Part shown: positions 19,533 to 28,620 of the stretch, one piece after another
How the letters are laid out: each line of letters opens with the position of its first letter
Position numbering within the stretch: position 1 is the first letter of the stretch
Source of the DNA: Dehalococcoidia bacterium
GTDB lineage: Bacteria; Chloroflexota; Dehalococcoidia; Lucifugimonadales; SHYT01
Reading direction: 5' to 3'
DNA length: 64,000 nt
NCBI GenBank assembly: GCA_009693045.1
Contig: SHXZ01000003.1
Location: forward strand, 128,958 to 192,957
Made by a program: the position numbers and the translations under genes
The notes under the pieces: generated by a model
Seen by the model: the letters and a program-made list of their open reading frames with translations, nothing else
What the model was told of the DNA's origin: nothing
The model's database searches: none

Positions 19533-20240
19533 TTACCCTCTCGCTCTCTGGTTGACCGCTTCGACGACGACACGGGTGGCGGCCTCGGTCCCCAGGGCAG
19601 CCACGTTGATGATCATGTGGAAATTCATGGGGTCCAAGACTTCGGTTTTGTAGAACCGACGAACATAGACCATCTGGCTCCGTTCCTGCTCCAGGACCAT
19701 CTTTTCCGCGGCGTCTTTACCAACGCCTTCGCGGCGCATAAGCATCTCAATCCGGTACTGCATCGGGGCTACGCCGCCGACGTGCAACGCGCCCGGCCAG
19801 TCCTTCAAGACCAGGTTTGACGCTCGTCCCAGGATGACGACGTTGTTGTCGAAGGCGAGGTCCCTGATGACCTGGCTCACGACGTCAAAAAATCGCTGGT
19901 CGTCCAGTTCCTGGGCGTGGGTGATCGGCTCGTTGCGGGAGGCCTCGGGATACGGGCTGACCATCAGCGCGTCGACGGAGGGCTGAAAGAACGGGTCTCC
20001 CGCCCCGCCCGTAGCGGCTGAGCGCTCGAGGGCCGCTTTGAGCAGCCGGGTAAGCCGTTGCCGTACCGGTGGCACGCGCTGCTCTTTTTCGGACAGGGCG
20101 GCGACCGACGCGCCAACCCGACGGCCCGCCTCGGCAAGAATGAGCCGGTCCACGTAATCAACGCCCAAATACTGGGCGATCAATGGGCCCATCTCTCGCA
20201 CACCAGAGCCAACCTGGCCGTTGATAGTGATCACGGGCAT
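19533..20240 (-). CDS. cytidylate kinase-like family protein
   Basis: VITINGQVGSG P-loop variant, YVDRLIL, NVVILGR, FHMIIN. Confidence 0.85.
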   Translation of the reverse strand: MPVITINGQVGSGVREMGPLIAQYLGVDYVDRLILAEAGRRVGASVAALSEKEQRVPPVRQRLTRLLKAALERSAATGGAGDPFFQPSVDALMVSPYPEASRNEPITHAQELDDQRFFDVVSQVIRDLAFDNNVVILGRASNLVLKDWPGALHVGGVAPMQYRIEMLMRREGVGKDAAEKMVLEQERSQMVYVRRFYKTEVLDPMNFHMIINVAALGTEAATRVVVEAVNQRARG

Positions 20241-20568
20241 GTGCCACCTCTTGGCAGAGTGTCCCCCGCTCCACGCCTAGCAACTTGCCTGGAGTGTCGC
20301 ACGGTCACAAGCGCCGCCACCTCCCCGCAAAATCGGCCGGCGCCGCGCGCGCGCCGTGTTGATGCAGATGAGACGTGCTGGTGCGCCTGCAGAGCACCCC
20401 TAGCTTACCAGAGAACGGCGGCAGAAGGCAGGGGGGAGGGTTTGCCGGGCTGGCATAGCGTACCGGGCTTTCCGCCATCAAACGCGAAGGGGCCGTTCTC
20501 GAACAGCCCCTTCGGTCCTCGCGCGTCGCCGTACCGCAAACCCGTGCTGATTTCCTGGCCGCCACCTC

Positions 20569-21471
20569 TCACCACGCGCGTGGGTGCGCCTTGTCGTACT
20601 CCTCGCGCAGGTGCTGGTCGGTGAGCAGCGTGTACACCTGCGTGGTCGTGATGCTGGCGTGGCCGAGCCATTCCTGAACCTGCCGCAGCGTTGCCCCGCC
20701 ACGCAGCATGTGGGTGGCGAAGCTGTGCCGCAGCACGTGGGGCGTGACATTGGAGGCGATCCCCGCCCGGTGCGCGTGCTCCTTGAGGATGAGCCAGCAC
20801 CCCTGCCGCGTGAGGCGCTCGCCGCGGCGGTTCGCGAAGACCGCCTGCTCGTGGTCGTCCTTCACCGCGTGGGGCCGGCCATTGGCGAGGTAATCCTTGA
20901 TCGCCTGGACCGCGGACTCGTGGAGCTGGATGACCCGCTCCTTGTTGCCCTTGCCGATGCAGCGGACGTACTCGTCCCCCGCAGTCAGGTGGAGCTGGTC
21001 AAGGTTGAGGGAGACCAGCTCACTCACGCGCATGCCGGTGGCGTAAAGCAGCTCCAGCATTGCGACGTCGCGCTGCGCTTCCATCCCTTTGTCGCGTGAG
21101 GCCACGTCCAGGAGCTGCGCCATCTCGGTCTCGGTGAGGGGCTTGGGCAGGCGGCGTCCCAGCTTTGGGGAGGTGATCTCCTCGGTTGAGTCACGGCTGA
21201 TGACCCCCTCCTGGCCCAGGTACGCGAAGAAGGATTTAAGCGACGCGATCTTCCGCGCCACCGTGGCATTGGAGTAGCCCCTGTCTTTCTGGGCGAGGAT
21301 GTAGGCCGAAAGCGTGTCCGGCGTAACGTCCGCCCAGGTGGCAACAGCGCCAGGGCCCTCCATGAACTCCACAAGCTGGTTAAGGTCGTTGCGGTAGGCC
21401 GCCTCCGTGTTGGGCGAGAACCCCTTTTCCACGGCCAAGACCTGGAGGAACCGGTCAACATCCGCCTTCAT
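20569..21471 (-). CDS. xerD: site-specific tyrosine recombinase XerD
   Basis: EKGFSPNT.AAYRNDL, LYATGMRVSEL, GKGNKER, TPHVLRHSFATH, LGHASITTTQVY, HPRA end. Confidence 0.9.
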   Translation of the reverse strand: MKADVDRFLQVLAVEKGFSPNTEAAYRNDLNQLVEFMEGPGAVATWADVTPDTLSAYILAQKDRGYSNATVARKIASLKSFFAYLGQEGVISRDSTEEITSPKLGRRLPKPLTETEMAQLLDVASRDKGMEAQRDVAMLELLYATGMRVSELVSLNLDQLHLTAGDEYVRCIGKGNKERVIQLHESAVQAIKDYLANGRPHAVKDDHEQAVFANRRGERLTRQGCWLILKEHAHRAGIASNVTPHVLRHSFATHMLRGGATLRQVQEWLGHASITTTQVYTLLTDQHLREEYDKAHPRAW

Positions 21472-21499
21472 GACGCCCTCGACTTTCTGGCGCGCACGT

Positions 21500-22228
21500 C
21501 TAGCCGCGCCGTGCTGGTTGCAGCTTTCGTCGCAGGCCGCCTGAAGGGGCGCTTGCGCCACCCCGCCTCCCCGCGCGTGCGCCGTCCGACGACGCCCTCT
21601 CGCTGTGGGCCTTGACGACCAGGAGCGCGGGGACCGCCCACACAATGGCCGCCGGCGGGAACGTCCCAACCGCTACGACCATGGTAAAGGCGAGGAGGCT
21701 AAGCCAGAGGGGCAGGCTCTTGTGCTTCAGCGAGGCCACCAGGAGCAGGACTGCCCAGACGACCATGATGTAGGTGAGGTAGTGGAGCATCTGATGATAG
21801 CTGTCGTAGCGGAGGAGCAGCTCTTCCAGCGAGCGCCGCGCCTCCGGGTCGCCCGAGGCATGGTACACAGCCACAAGGGGCGTCTCAAACACCGGGTGCC
21901 ACCAGCGGCCCAAGCCTTCCGCGACAATCGCGACGACGGCGATGGGAAAGGCGATGGCGGCTTCAAGCGGGCTCTCGCTCTTCATCGTCTGGAAGACCAT
22001 CCAGATGAGCGGGACGAAGAGGAAGAAGTAGAGGCCGTAGAGCCCGTTGCTAAGCGTCCACACGATTCGCTGAGAGAGGGGGAGTGGCCGGAGGAGGGTC
22101 TCGGGGTCGGTGGTCACGGCCAGCAGCCCCGGCAGCCTGGCGGGCCAGAGGATGGCGAGCAGCAGGACGAGGATGCCGATGGCGGCAACGGTGCAGTACG
22201 CGGCAATGCGCCAGGGGTCTGCCTTCAT
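21500..22228 (-). CDS. hypothetical multi-pass membrane protein
   Basis: ~6 hydrophobic segments. Confidence 0.7.
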   Translation of the reverse strand: MKADPWRIAAYCTVAAIGILVLLLAILWPARLPGLLAVTTDPETLLRPLPLSQRIVWTLSNGLYGLYFFLFVPLIWMVFQTMKSESPLEAAIAFPIAVVAIVAEGLGRWWHPVFETPLVAVYHASGDPEARRSLEELLLRYDSYHQMLHYLTYIMVVWAVLLLVASLKHKSLPLWLSLLAFTMVVAVGTFPPAAIVWAVPALLVVKAHSERASSDGARAGRRGGASAPSGGLRRKLQPARRG

Positions 22229-22445
22229 GGCGGGACCATCCTCTTGAGGGCCCTCGCGTGGCGGGCCAATCTGGAGCGCAGTGAAAAGGGAGCAACCCTC
22301 TTGTGCGCCGCCCTAATATTGAACGAATATTAGCTTTTTATTAGAAGTATGTCAAGTAGTTCTGCCAAGTGCCCCGAGGCGATTCGGTTCTCGCTAGGTT
22401 CTTCTCGGACACATGGTCGCCATTCTGGGAGAACGATAGCGACCA

Positions 22446-22560
22446 AGGAATCTCCGCTCTTCAGGTTGCCGCCCACATAGCTGCGGAGATTCCTCGCTGT
22501 CCCGCTCCCCTTCCCCTTCGCTTCTCTCAGGGTCATGGCTTCGGCTCACTCGGATTGACC
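22446..22560. repeat. GTCATT/GAATCT-type palindromic repeat
   Basis: AGGAATCTCCGC...GCGGAGATTCCTCGC...CCCTTCGCTTC.CTCAGGG..CTTCGGCTCACT; related to 62554..62610. Confidence 0.7.
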
Positions 22561-22629
22561 CTGAAAAGACCATGTCGCGCTGAGCCGACGTTAGCCGCCC
22601 CGCTCACACCACGCTATAATGGCTCCACC

Positions 22630-23394
22630 ATGCTCCTCGCCTTAGATATCGGCAACACCAACGTCAAGGTCGGCGTCTTTGAGGGCCAAACGCTCCGCTC
22701 CTCATGGCGCCTCTCCTCCGACGCCCGCCGCCAGCCCGCCGAGTACGAGTCGTTCCTCCACTCATTGCTGAGCATTCGCGGCATCAAGCCGTCGCAAATC
22801 ACGGGCGTCGTGCTGTGCAGCGGTGTCCCTCCGCTGACTACCGTGTTTGAGGAGCTTAGTCACACCGTCTTCAACCAGACGCCGCTCATCATCAGCGCGG
22901 GTGTGAAGACCGGCGTGCGCGTGATGTACGAGAATCCCCGCGACGTCGGCCCCGACCGCGTCGCCGACGCCGCCGCCGCCTTTCACCTCTACGGCGGCCC
23001 GGTCATCGTCGTGGACTTCGGCACCGGCCTCACCTTTAACGCCGTCACCCGCGAGGGCGACTACCTGGGCGGCGCCATCGCCCCCGGCCTCTCGGTCGCC
23101 GCCGAGTCCCTCTTCGCCAACGCCTCCATGCTGCGGCGTGTGGAGTTGGTGCGGCCCAAGTCCGTCGTCGGGCGCAACACCGTCGCCTCCCTCCAGTCCG
23201 GCCTCGTCTTCGGCTACGTCTCCATGGTGGAGGGCATGGTGAAGCGCATCCGCGAGGAGATCGGCCAGGACGCCAAGGCCATCGCCACCGGCGGCCAGGC
23301 GGGCGTCATCGCCAAGGAGACCACCGTCTTCCACGCCGTCCACCCCGACCTGACGCTGGTAGGACTGCGGATCATCTACGAAATGAACCGGTGA
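22630..23394 (+). CDS. coaX: type III pantothenate kinase
   Basis: LALDIGNTN, VGPDRVAD, VVDFGT, GGAIAPG, IATGG. Confidence 0.95.
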   Translation: MLLALDIGNTNVKVGVFEGQTLRSSWRLSSDARRQPAEYESFLHSLLSIRGIKPSQITGVVLCSGVPPLTTVFEELSHTVFNQTPLIISAGVKTGVRVMYENPRDVGPDRVADAAAAFHLYGGPVIVVDFGTGLTFNAVTREGDYLGGAIAPGLSVAAESLFANASMLRRVELVRPKSVVGRNTVASLQSGLVFGYVSMVEGMVKRIREEIGQDAKAIATGGQAGVIAKETTVFHAVHPDLTLVGLRIIYEMNR

Positions 23395-23597
23395 CCGTTG
23401 GCGGTGTCATACCTCACTGCACTCGGAATCTCCAGCACCTGCCATTTCTACCTCCTGGTCGAGCAGCCGTGTAGCAAGGGTCTAAACCTGCCTGGGCGGG
23501 CTCCTTCCACACGCCTCTCGCTACCAAACATGCTACCCTTACTTCACATGGGTGCCATCCCAACTCCAATTCGGGACGCACACCGAGGTGATAAGAC

Positions 23598-24803
23598 ATG
23601 CCGAACCCGCTCCACGGCAAAAACATCGTCCTGGGCGTCACCGGCAGCATCGCCGCCTACAAGGCCGCCGACCTCGCCAGCAAGCTTGTCCAGGCGGGCG
23701 CGCGCGTCGACGTTGTTATGTCCGAGAACGCCGCTCACTTCATCACGCCCATGACGTTCCACGCCCTCACGCACCGTCCCGTCACCACCGACCTGTTTGA
23801 CCCCCACTCCGAGCTGGCGATTGACCACGTTGCGCTGGGGATGCGCGCCGACATCATCGTCATCGCACCAGCCACAGCCAACACCCTCGCCAAGCTCGCC
23901 GCCGGCGTCGCCGACGACGCGCTTACCACCACCGTCCTCGGCACCGTGGCACCGCTCCTGGTCGCGCCCGCCATGGACGCGCACATGTACGACCACCCGG
24001 CGGTCCAGGACAACCTGGCTCGCCTTCGGAACCGCGGCGTCACCATCGTGGGGCCTGAGGGCGGACGCCTCGCGTCGGGCCTCATGGGCATGGGCCGCCT
24101 CACCGACCCTGAGGTGCTGGTGGAGCACATCAAGCTCGTCCTTGGACGCCACGGCGACCTACTGGGCAAGAAGGTGGTGGTCAGCGCGGGCGGCACCCAA
24201 GAGCCACTGGACCCTGTGCGCATCCTCACCAACCACTCCTCGGGCAAGCAGGGCTACGCCGTGGCCGAGGCCGCCCGCGACCGGGGCGCCGCCGTGACGC
24301 TCGTCACCACGCCCGTCAGCCTCCGCCCGCCCGTGGGCGTCCGCGTCGTCCGCGTCAAGTCCGCCCGCGACATGCTGGAGGCGATGCTGGACGTGACCAA
24401 CCAGGCCGACATCGTGGTCATGGCCGCAGCCGTGGCCGACTACCGTCCTGTCGCCGAGTCCGACCACAAGATCAAGAAGTCGGGCGAGACGATCTCCCTG
24501 GAGCTGGCCAAGAACCCGGACATCATCGCCACGGTGAACGGGCCCTTCGTCAAGATCGGGTTCGCGGCGGAGACCGAGGACCTGCTGGTCAACGCGGAGA
24601 CGAAGCTGCGCTCCAAGGGCCTGCACCTGGTTGCCGCCAACGACGTGACCGCCACCGACGCAGGGTTCGGCGTGGACACCAACCGCGTGCTGCTGCTGGA
24701 CCGCGACGGCAAGGTGGAGGAGCTTCCGCTGCTGACCAAGTACGAGGTCGGCCACCGAATACTGGACCGGGCGCTGGCGATGGTGGGCAAGCAGAGGGCG
24801 TAA
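23598..24803 (+). CDS. coaBC: phosphopantothenoylcysteine decarboxylase/ligase
   Basis: GVTGSIAAYKA, APATAN, APAM, GGTQEPLDPVR.LTNHSSGKQG, GFAAET. Confidence 0.97.
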   Translation: MPNPLHGKNIVLGVTGSIAAYKAADLASKLVQAGARVDVVMSENAAHFITPMTFHALTHRPVTTDLFDPHSELAIDHVALGMRADIIVIAPATANTLAKLAAGVADDALTTTVLGTVAPLLVAPAMDAHMYDHPAVQDNLARLRNRGVTIVGPEGGRLASGLMGMGRLTDPEVLVEHIKLVLGRHGDLLGKKVVVSAGGTQEPLDPVRILTNHSSGKQGYAVAEAARDRGAAVTLVTTPVSLRPPVGVRVVRVKSARDMLEAMLDVTNQADIVVMAAAVADYRPVAESDHKIKKSGETISLELAKNPDIIATVNGPFVKIGFAAETEDLLVNAETKLRSKGLHLVAANDVTATDAGFGVDTNRVLLLDRDGKVEELPLLTKYEVGHRILDRALAMVGKQRA

Positions 24804-24808
24804 GCGCA

Positions 24809-24919
24809 ATGACACATGGATTCCACAAAGGTGCGCCGGCACAGCCCGAATACGCACGGGCACAGCGCGTGATGAGAGCGTTCTTGGAAGGTGAGACTAG
24901 TGGCAAGCAAGGTCGTTGA
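24809..24919 (+). pseudogene. C-terminal remnant of RelE/HigB (Gp49-like) toxin
   Basis: MTHGFHKGAPAQPEYARAQRVMRAFLE resembles the LTHGFxK..E..RA C-terminus; overlaps the antitoxin start. Confidence 0.55.
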
Positions 24920-25295
24920 CTACACGTTGGAAAAGCACGTCGCCGAATACCAACAAGACCCCGACTTCCTCGCTGAGCAGATTGCCCTTGAAGTCGTTGA
25001 AGACGCGTTCCGCCTCATGACGGCGTCCAACATGACTCAGGCGGACCTGGCGAGGAAGCTCGGCGTCTCTCGAGCGCGCATCTCTCGGATATTGAATGCC
25101 CATCCGAACCTCACGCTGCGCTCCATAGCCCTTCTTGGCCTTGCGCTGGGCGCGAAGCCATACGCGGGCCTGAGCCAACAATCTCCAGAGACCACCCAAA
25201 ATGGCAAGAGTCGGCCTTCACTCAAGACAGGAAGTACTCTGCGGGTTAAGCCCCATCTCACCGTCCCCGTTACCGTACCCACCCCCTCTCGGTAG
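24900..25295 (+). CDS. XRE/HigA-like HTH antitoxin
   Basis: MTQADLARKLGVSRARISRILN..PNLTLRSI. Confidence 0.85.
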   Translation: MASKVVDYTLEKHVAEYQQDPDFLAEQIALEVVEDAFRLMTASNMTQADLARKLGVSRARISRILNAHPNLTLRSIALLGLALGAKPYAGLSQQSPETTQNGKSRPSLKTGSTLRVKPHLTVPVTVPTPSR

Positions 25296-25396
25296 CCCTG
25301 ACAAGGTTCGCCGAGGAGGGGGAACCAAAGCGGCCACCCGCTCAGGCCTCCGGCCTGACGACCCGACATTCTGTAACGTCAACCAGGAGTGCGCCC

Positions 25397-28300
25397 ATGA
25401 CCAACCCATCGCGTCCCCAGACCGAAATGGACAAGGCCTACGACCCCGCCACCGTGGAGCAGCGCCTCTACCAGCACTGGCTTGACCTCAACGTCTTCGC
25501 CCCAAAAGAGGACCCCGGCAAGCAGCCCTTCGTCGTCATCCAGCCGCCGCCCAACGTCACCGGCTCGCTCCACGTCGGCCACGCGCTGACGGCCACCGTT
25601 GAGGACACGATGGCCCGCTGGCACCGCATGCAGGGCGAGCCGACGTTGTGGCTCCCCGGCCTGGACCACGCCGGCATCGCCACCCAGGTCGTCGTGGAGC
25701 GCGAGCTGGCCAAGGAGGGCCTCACACGCCAGCAGCTCGGCCGCGAGCGCTTCCTAGAGCGCGTGCACCAGTGGGTCGGCGCGTACCGCAACCGCATTAC
25801 CGAGCAGCACCACCGCCTCGGCGCCTCCGTGGACTGGCGCCGCCTGGTCTACACGCTGGACCCGGTCCCCAGCCTGGCCGTCCGCACCACCTTCGTCAAC
25901 CTCTTCCGCGAGGGACTCATCTACCGCGGCGAGCGCATGATCAACTGGTGCCCGCGCTGCTCCACCGCGCTCTCCGACCTGGAGGTCGTCCACCAGGAGG
26001 AGCAGGGCCACATGTGGCGCCTCCGCTACCCCCTCGCTGACGGCTCCGGCCACGTCACCGTCGCCACCACGCGCCCGGAGACCCTGCTCGGCGACACCGC
26101 CGTAGCGGTAAACCCCGCCGACAGCCGCTACACCCACCTCGTCGGCAAGCAGGTGCGACTGCCCCTCGCGGGCCGCATCATCCCCATCATCGCCGACGAC
26201 GCCGTGGACAAGGAGTTCGGCACCGGCGCGCTGAAGATCACGCCCGCTCACGACCCCGCCGACTTTGAGACCGGCCAGCGCCACGGCCTACCCGTCATCA
26301 ACGTCATGAACCTGGACGGCACCATTAATAAGGAGGGCGGCGCGTACGCGACCCTTGACCGCTACGACGCCCGCAAGCGCGTCGTGGAGGACCTGGACCG
26401 CCTGGGCCTGCTGGACGGCGTCACGCCGCACACCCACGCCGTCGGCCACTGCGACCGGTGCCGCGAGGCCGTGGAGCCTCTGGTCTCCAAGCAATGGTGG
26501 GTCAAGACGGCCCCCCTGGCTGCGCCTGCTCTGGACTCCGTCCGCACCGGCGAGATCAAGATCGTCCCCGAGCACTACACCCGCGTCTACGAGAACTGGA
26601 TGGAGAACATCCGCGACTGGTGCATCAGCCGCCAGCTCTGGTGGGGCCACCGCATCCCAGTCTGGTACTGCGTTGCGTGCGACGGCCCCAAAATCCGCCT
26701 CACGCTCTTCCGCTCCGATGTCGTGCCGAGCCCCTCATCGGTCATTCTGAGCGAAGCGAGGAATCCGTCTCCCCCTCTCCCTCCGGGAGAGGGCATTCCC
26801 CCTTCCCCTTCAGAGAAGGGGGCCAGGGGGTTAGGTCGGGGGCAGGGTGGGGACGCTCCCGTTCGTCCTGAGCCTTCCTCCACCGCTCGTCCTGAGCCTG
26901 TCGAAGGACGACAAAGCTCTTCTGCCAGTAGTTCGACAAGCTCACCACGAGCAGAAAACCTAGAGACCGCCACCCTCGCCGCCTTCCTCGCGCAGGGCCG
27001 CGCCCTCGCCGACGTGGACAGCCGCATCCACACCGCCGAGATCCCCCTGGACGTCACGCCCCTCGTCGGCGCCGAGCAGCCCACGGCCTGCCCCACCTGC
27101 CGCGGCACGACCTTCTTCCAGGACCCGGACGTGCTGGACACCTGGTTCTCCTCCGGCCTCTGGCCCCACTCCACCCTCGGCTGGCCGGAGCAGACGCCGG
27201 ACCTGCAGCGTTTCTACCCCACGTCGGTCATGGAGACAGGCTACGACATCCTCTTCTTCTGGGTCGCCCGCATGATCATGCTGGGCCTCCACAACACCGG
27301 CAAAGTCCCCTTCCACACCGTGTACCTCCACGGCCTGGTGCGGGACACCGAGGGCCTGAAGATGAGCAAGACGCGCGGCAACGTGGTGGACCCCCTGGAG
27401 ATGATTGACCAGTTCGGCGCCGACGCCCTCCGCTTCGCGCTCACCGTCGGCACCTCCGCCGGCACCGACAGCCGCCTCGGCGCGTCCAAGCTGGAGGCGG
27501 GCCGCAACTTCGCCAACAAGCTCTGGAACGCCGCCCGCTTCGTCACCCTGAACCTGGACGCTTCGCTGGGGAACCGATCCGCAGATGACGCAGATTCCCC
27601 AGATAAATCAGTAACAAAATCTGCCTCATCTGCGAAATCTGCGGATTCGTCCCCCCAGGTCCAGGGCTGGCAGGCCCCCACGCCATCGCGGCTGGAGGAC
27701 CGCTGGATCCTCAGCCGCCTCAACCGCGTGACCGCCGACGTTGACCGCCTGCTGCGCGACTACCAGCTCGGCGAGGCGGAGCAACGCGCCTACGAGTTCG
27801 TCTGGGACGACTTCTGCGACTGGTACCTTGAAGCCGCCAAAGTCCGCCTGCGCCAGACTGCACCCTCGCCTTCCGACCAATCCCTTCCCCCCTTGAGGGG
27901 GAAGGTTAGGATGGGGGGTGACAGCCCCCTCCCCATCCTCGCCCACGTCCTGGAGAAGACCCTCCGCCTCCTCCACCCCTTCATGCCCTTCGTCACGGAA
28001 GAAATCTGGCAGCACCTCAAGCCGCGCCTCGCGGGCGCCGACGCCCTCCCCACGTCCATCGTCACCGCGCCCTACCCGTCATCAGACCACGGGCTGATAG
28101 ACGAGGAGGCCGAAGCGGCCTTCGGCGTCGTCATGGGCATCGTGCGCGCGGCGCGAAACACCCGTGCGGAGTTCCGCGTTGAGCCGAACAAACCCCTGGA
28201 GGTGCTGGTTGACCCCGCCGACCTGCGCGGCGCACTGGAAGAGGCCGCGCCCGTCATTCGCGCCCTCGGACGAGTAGACCCGCTCCGTCTCCTGGGCGCC

Positions 28301-28588
28301 AGCGACGTGCGCCCCGACGCGAAGGAGTCGGTGACGGCGGTCGTGGGCAAGGTGACCGTCTTCCTGCCGATGGCGGGCCTCATAGACGTCGCCGCCGAGC
28401 GCAAGCGCCTGGAGAAGGAGCTAGCCGACTGCGCCGCCAATATCAGCCGCCTGGAAGGTCGCCTTGCAGACCAGCAGTTCCTCAGCAAGGCCCCCGAGGA
28501 GATCGTGGAGCGCGAGCGAGCCCGCCTGCAAAGCCTCGGCGAGCGGCGGGAGCGCGTGCAGGAGCTCCTGGAAACACTCCCATCCTGA
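25397..28588 (+). CDS. valS: valine--tRNA ligase with in-frame repeat insertions
   Basis: PPPNVTGSLHVGH, DWCISRQLWWGHRIP, DVLDTWFSS, KMSK, C-terminal coiled coil. Confidence 0.97.
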   Translation: MTNPSRPQTEMDKAYDPATVEQRLYQHWLDLNVFAPKEDPGKQPFVVIQPPPNVTGSLHVGHALTATVEDTMARWHRMQGEPTLWLPGLDHAGIATQVVVERELAKEGLTRQQLGRERFLERVHQWVGAYRNRITEQHHRLGASVDWRRLVYTLDPVPSLAVRTTFVNLFREGLIYRGERMINWCPRCSTALSDLEVVHQEEQGHMWRLRYPLADGSGHVTVATTRPETLLGDTAVAVNPADSRYTHLVGKQVRLPLAGRIIPIIADDAVDKEFGTGALKITPAHDPADFETGQRHGLPVINVMNLDGTINKEGGAYATLDRYDARKRVVEDLDRLGLLDGVTPHTHAVGHCDRCREAVEPLVSKQWWVKTAPLAAPALDSVRTGEIKIVPEHYTRVYENWMENIRDWCISRQLWWGHRIPVWYCVACDGPKIRLTLFRSDVVPSPSSVILSEARNPSPPLPPGEGIPPSPSEKGARGLGRGQGGDAPVRPEPSSTARPEPVEGRQSSSASSSTSSPRAENLETATLAAFLAQGRALADVDSRIHTAEIPLDVTPLVGAEQPTACPTCRGTTFFQDPDVLDTWFSSGLWPHSTLGWPEQTPDLQRFYPTSVMETGYDILFFWVARMIMLGLHNTGKVPFHTVYLHGLVRDTEGLKMSKTRGNVVDPLEMIDQFGADALRFALTVGTSAGTDSRLGASKLEAGRNFANKLWNAARFVTLNLDASLGNRSADDADSPDKSVTKSASSAKSADSSPQVQGWQAPTPSRLEDRWILSRLNRVTADVDRLLRDYQLGEAEQRAYEFVWDDFCDWYLEAAKVRLRQTAPSPSDQSLPPLRGKVRMGGDSPLPILAHVLEKTLRLLHPFMPFVTEEIWQHLKPRLAGADALPTSIVTAPYPSSDHGLIDEEAEAAFGVVMGIVRAARNTRAEFRVEPNKPLEVLVDPADLRGALEEAAPVIRALGRVDPLRLLGASDVRPDAKESVTAVVGKVTVFLPMAGLIDVAAERKRLEKELADCAANISRLEGRLADQQFLSKAPEEIVERERARLQSLGERRERVQELLETLPS

Positions 28589-28620
28589 CGCCCGGGGAGA
28601 CAGAAACACGGAGGAGTCCC

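Noticed and set aside
20569-21471. Tyrosine recombinase as a prophage or island integrase
   Set aside because: Canonical XerD length and motifs, among core genes, with no att repeats or phage genes.
23414-23460. Minus-strand RBS plus 12-codon ORF (MAGAGDSECSEV) between coaX and coaBC
   Set aside because: Too short to support; probably a remnant of a deleted gene.
25296-25396. T-box riboswitch upstream of valS
   Set aside because: No GGTGGNACC T-box or terminator is recognisable, and the leader is short.
26720-27921. valS insertions as inteins or self-splicing introns
   Set aside because: No intein terminal residues or recognisable intron core; the inserts match dispersed REP families and keep the frame.
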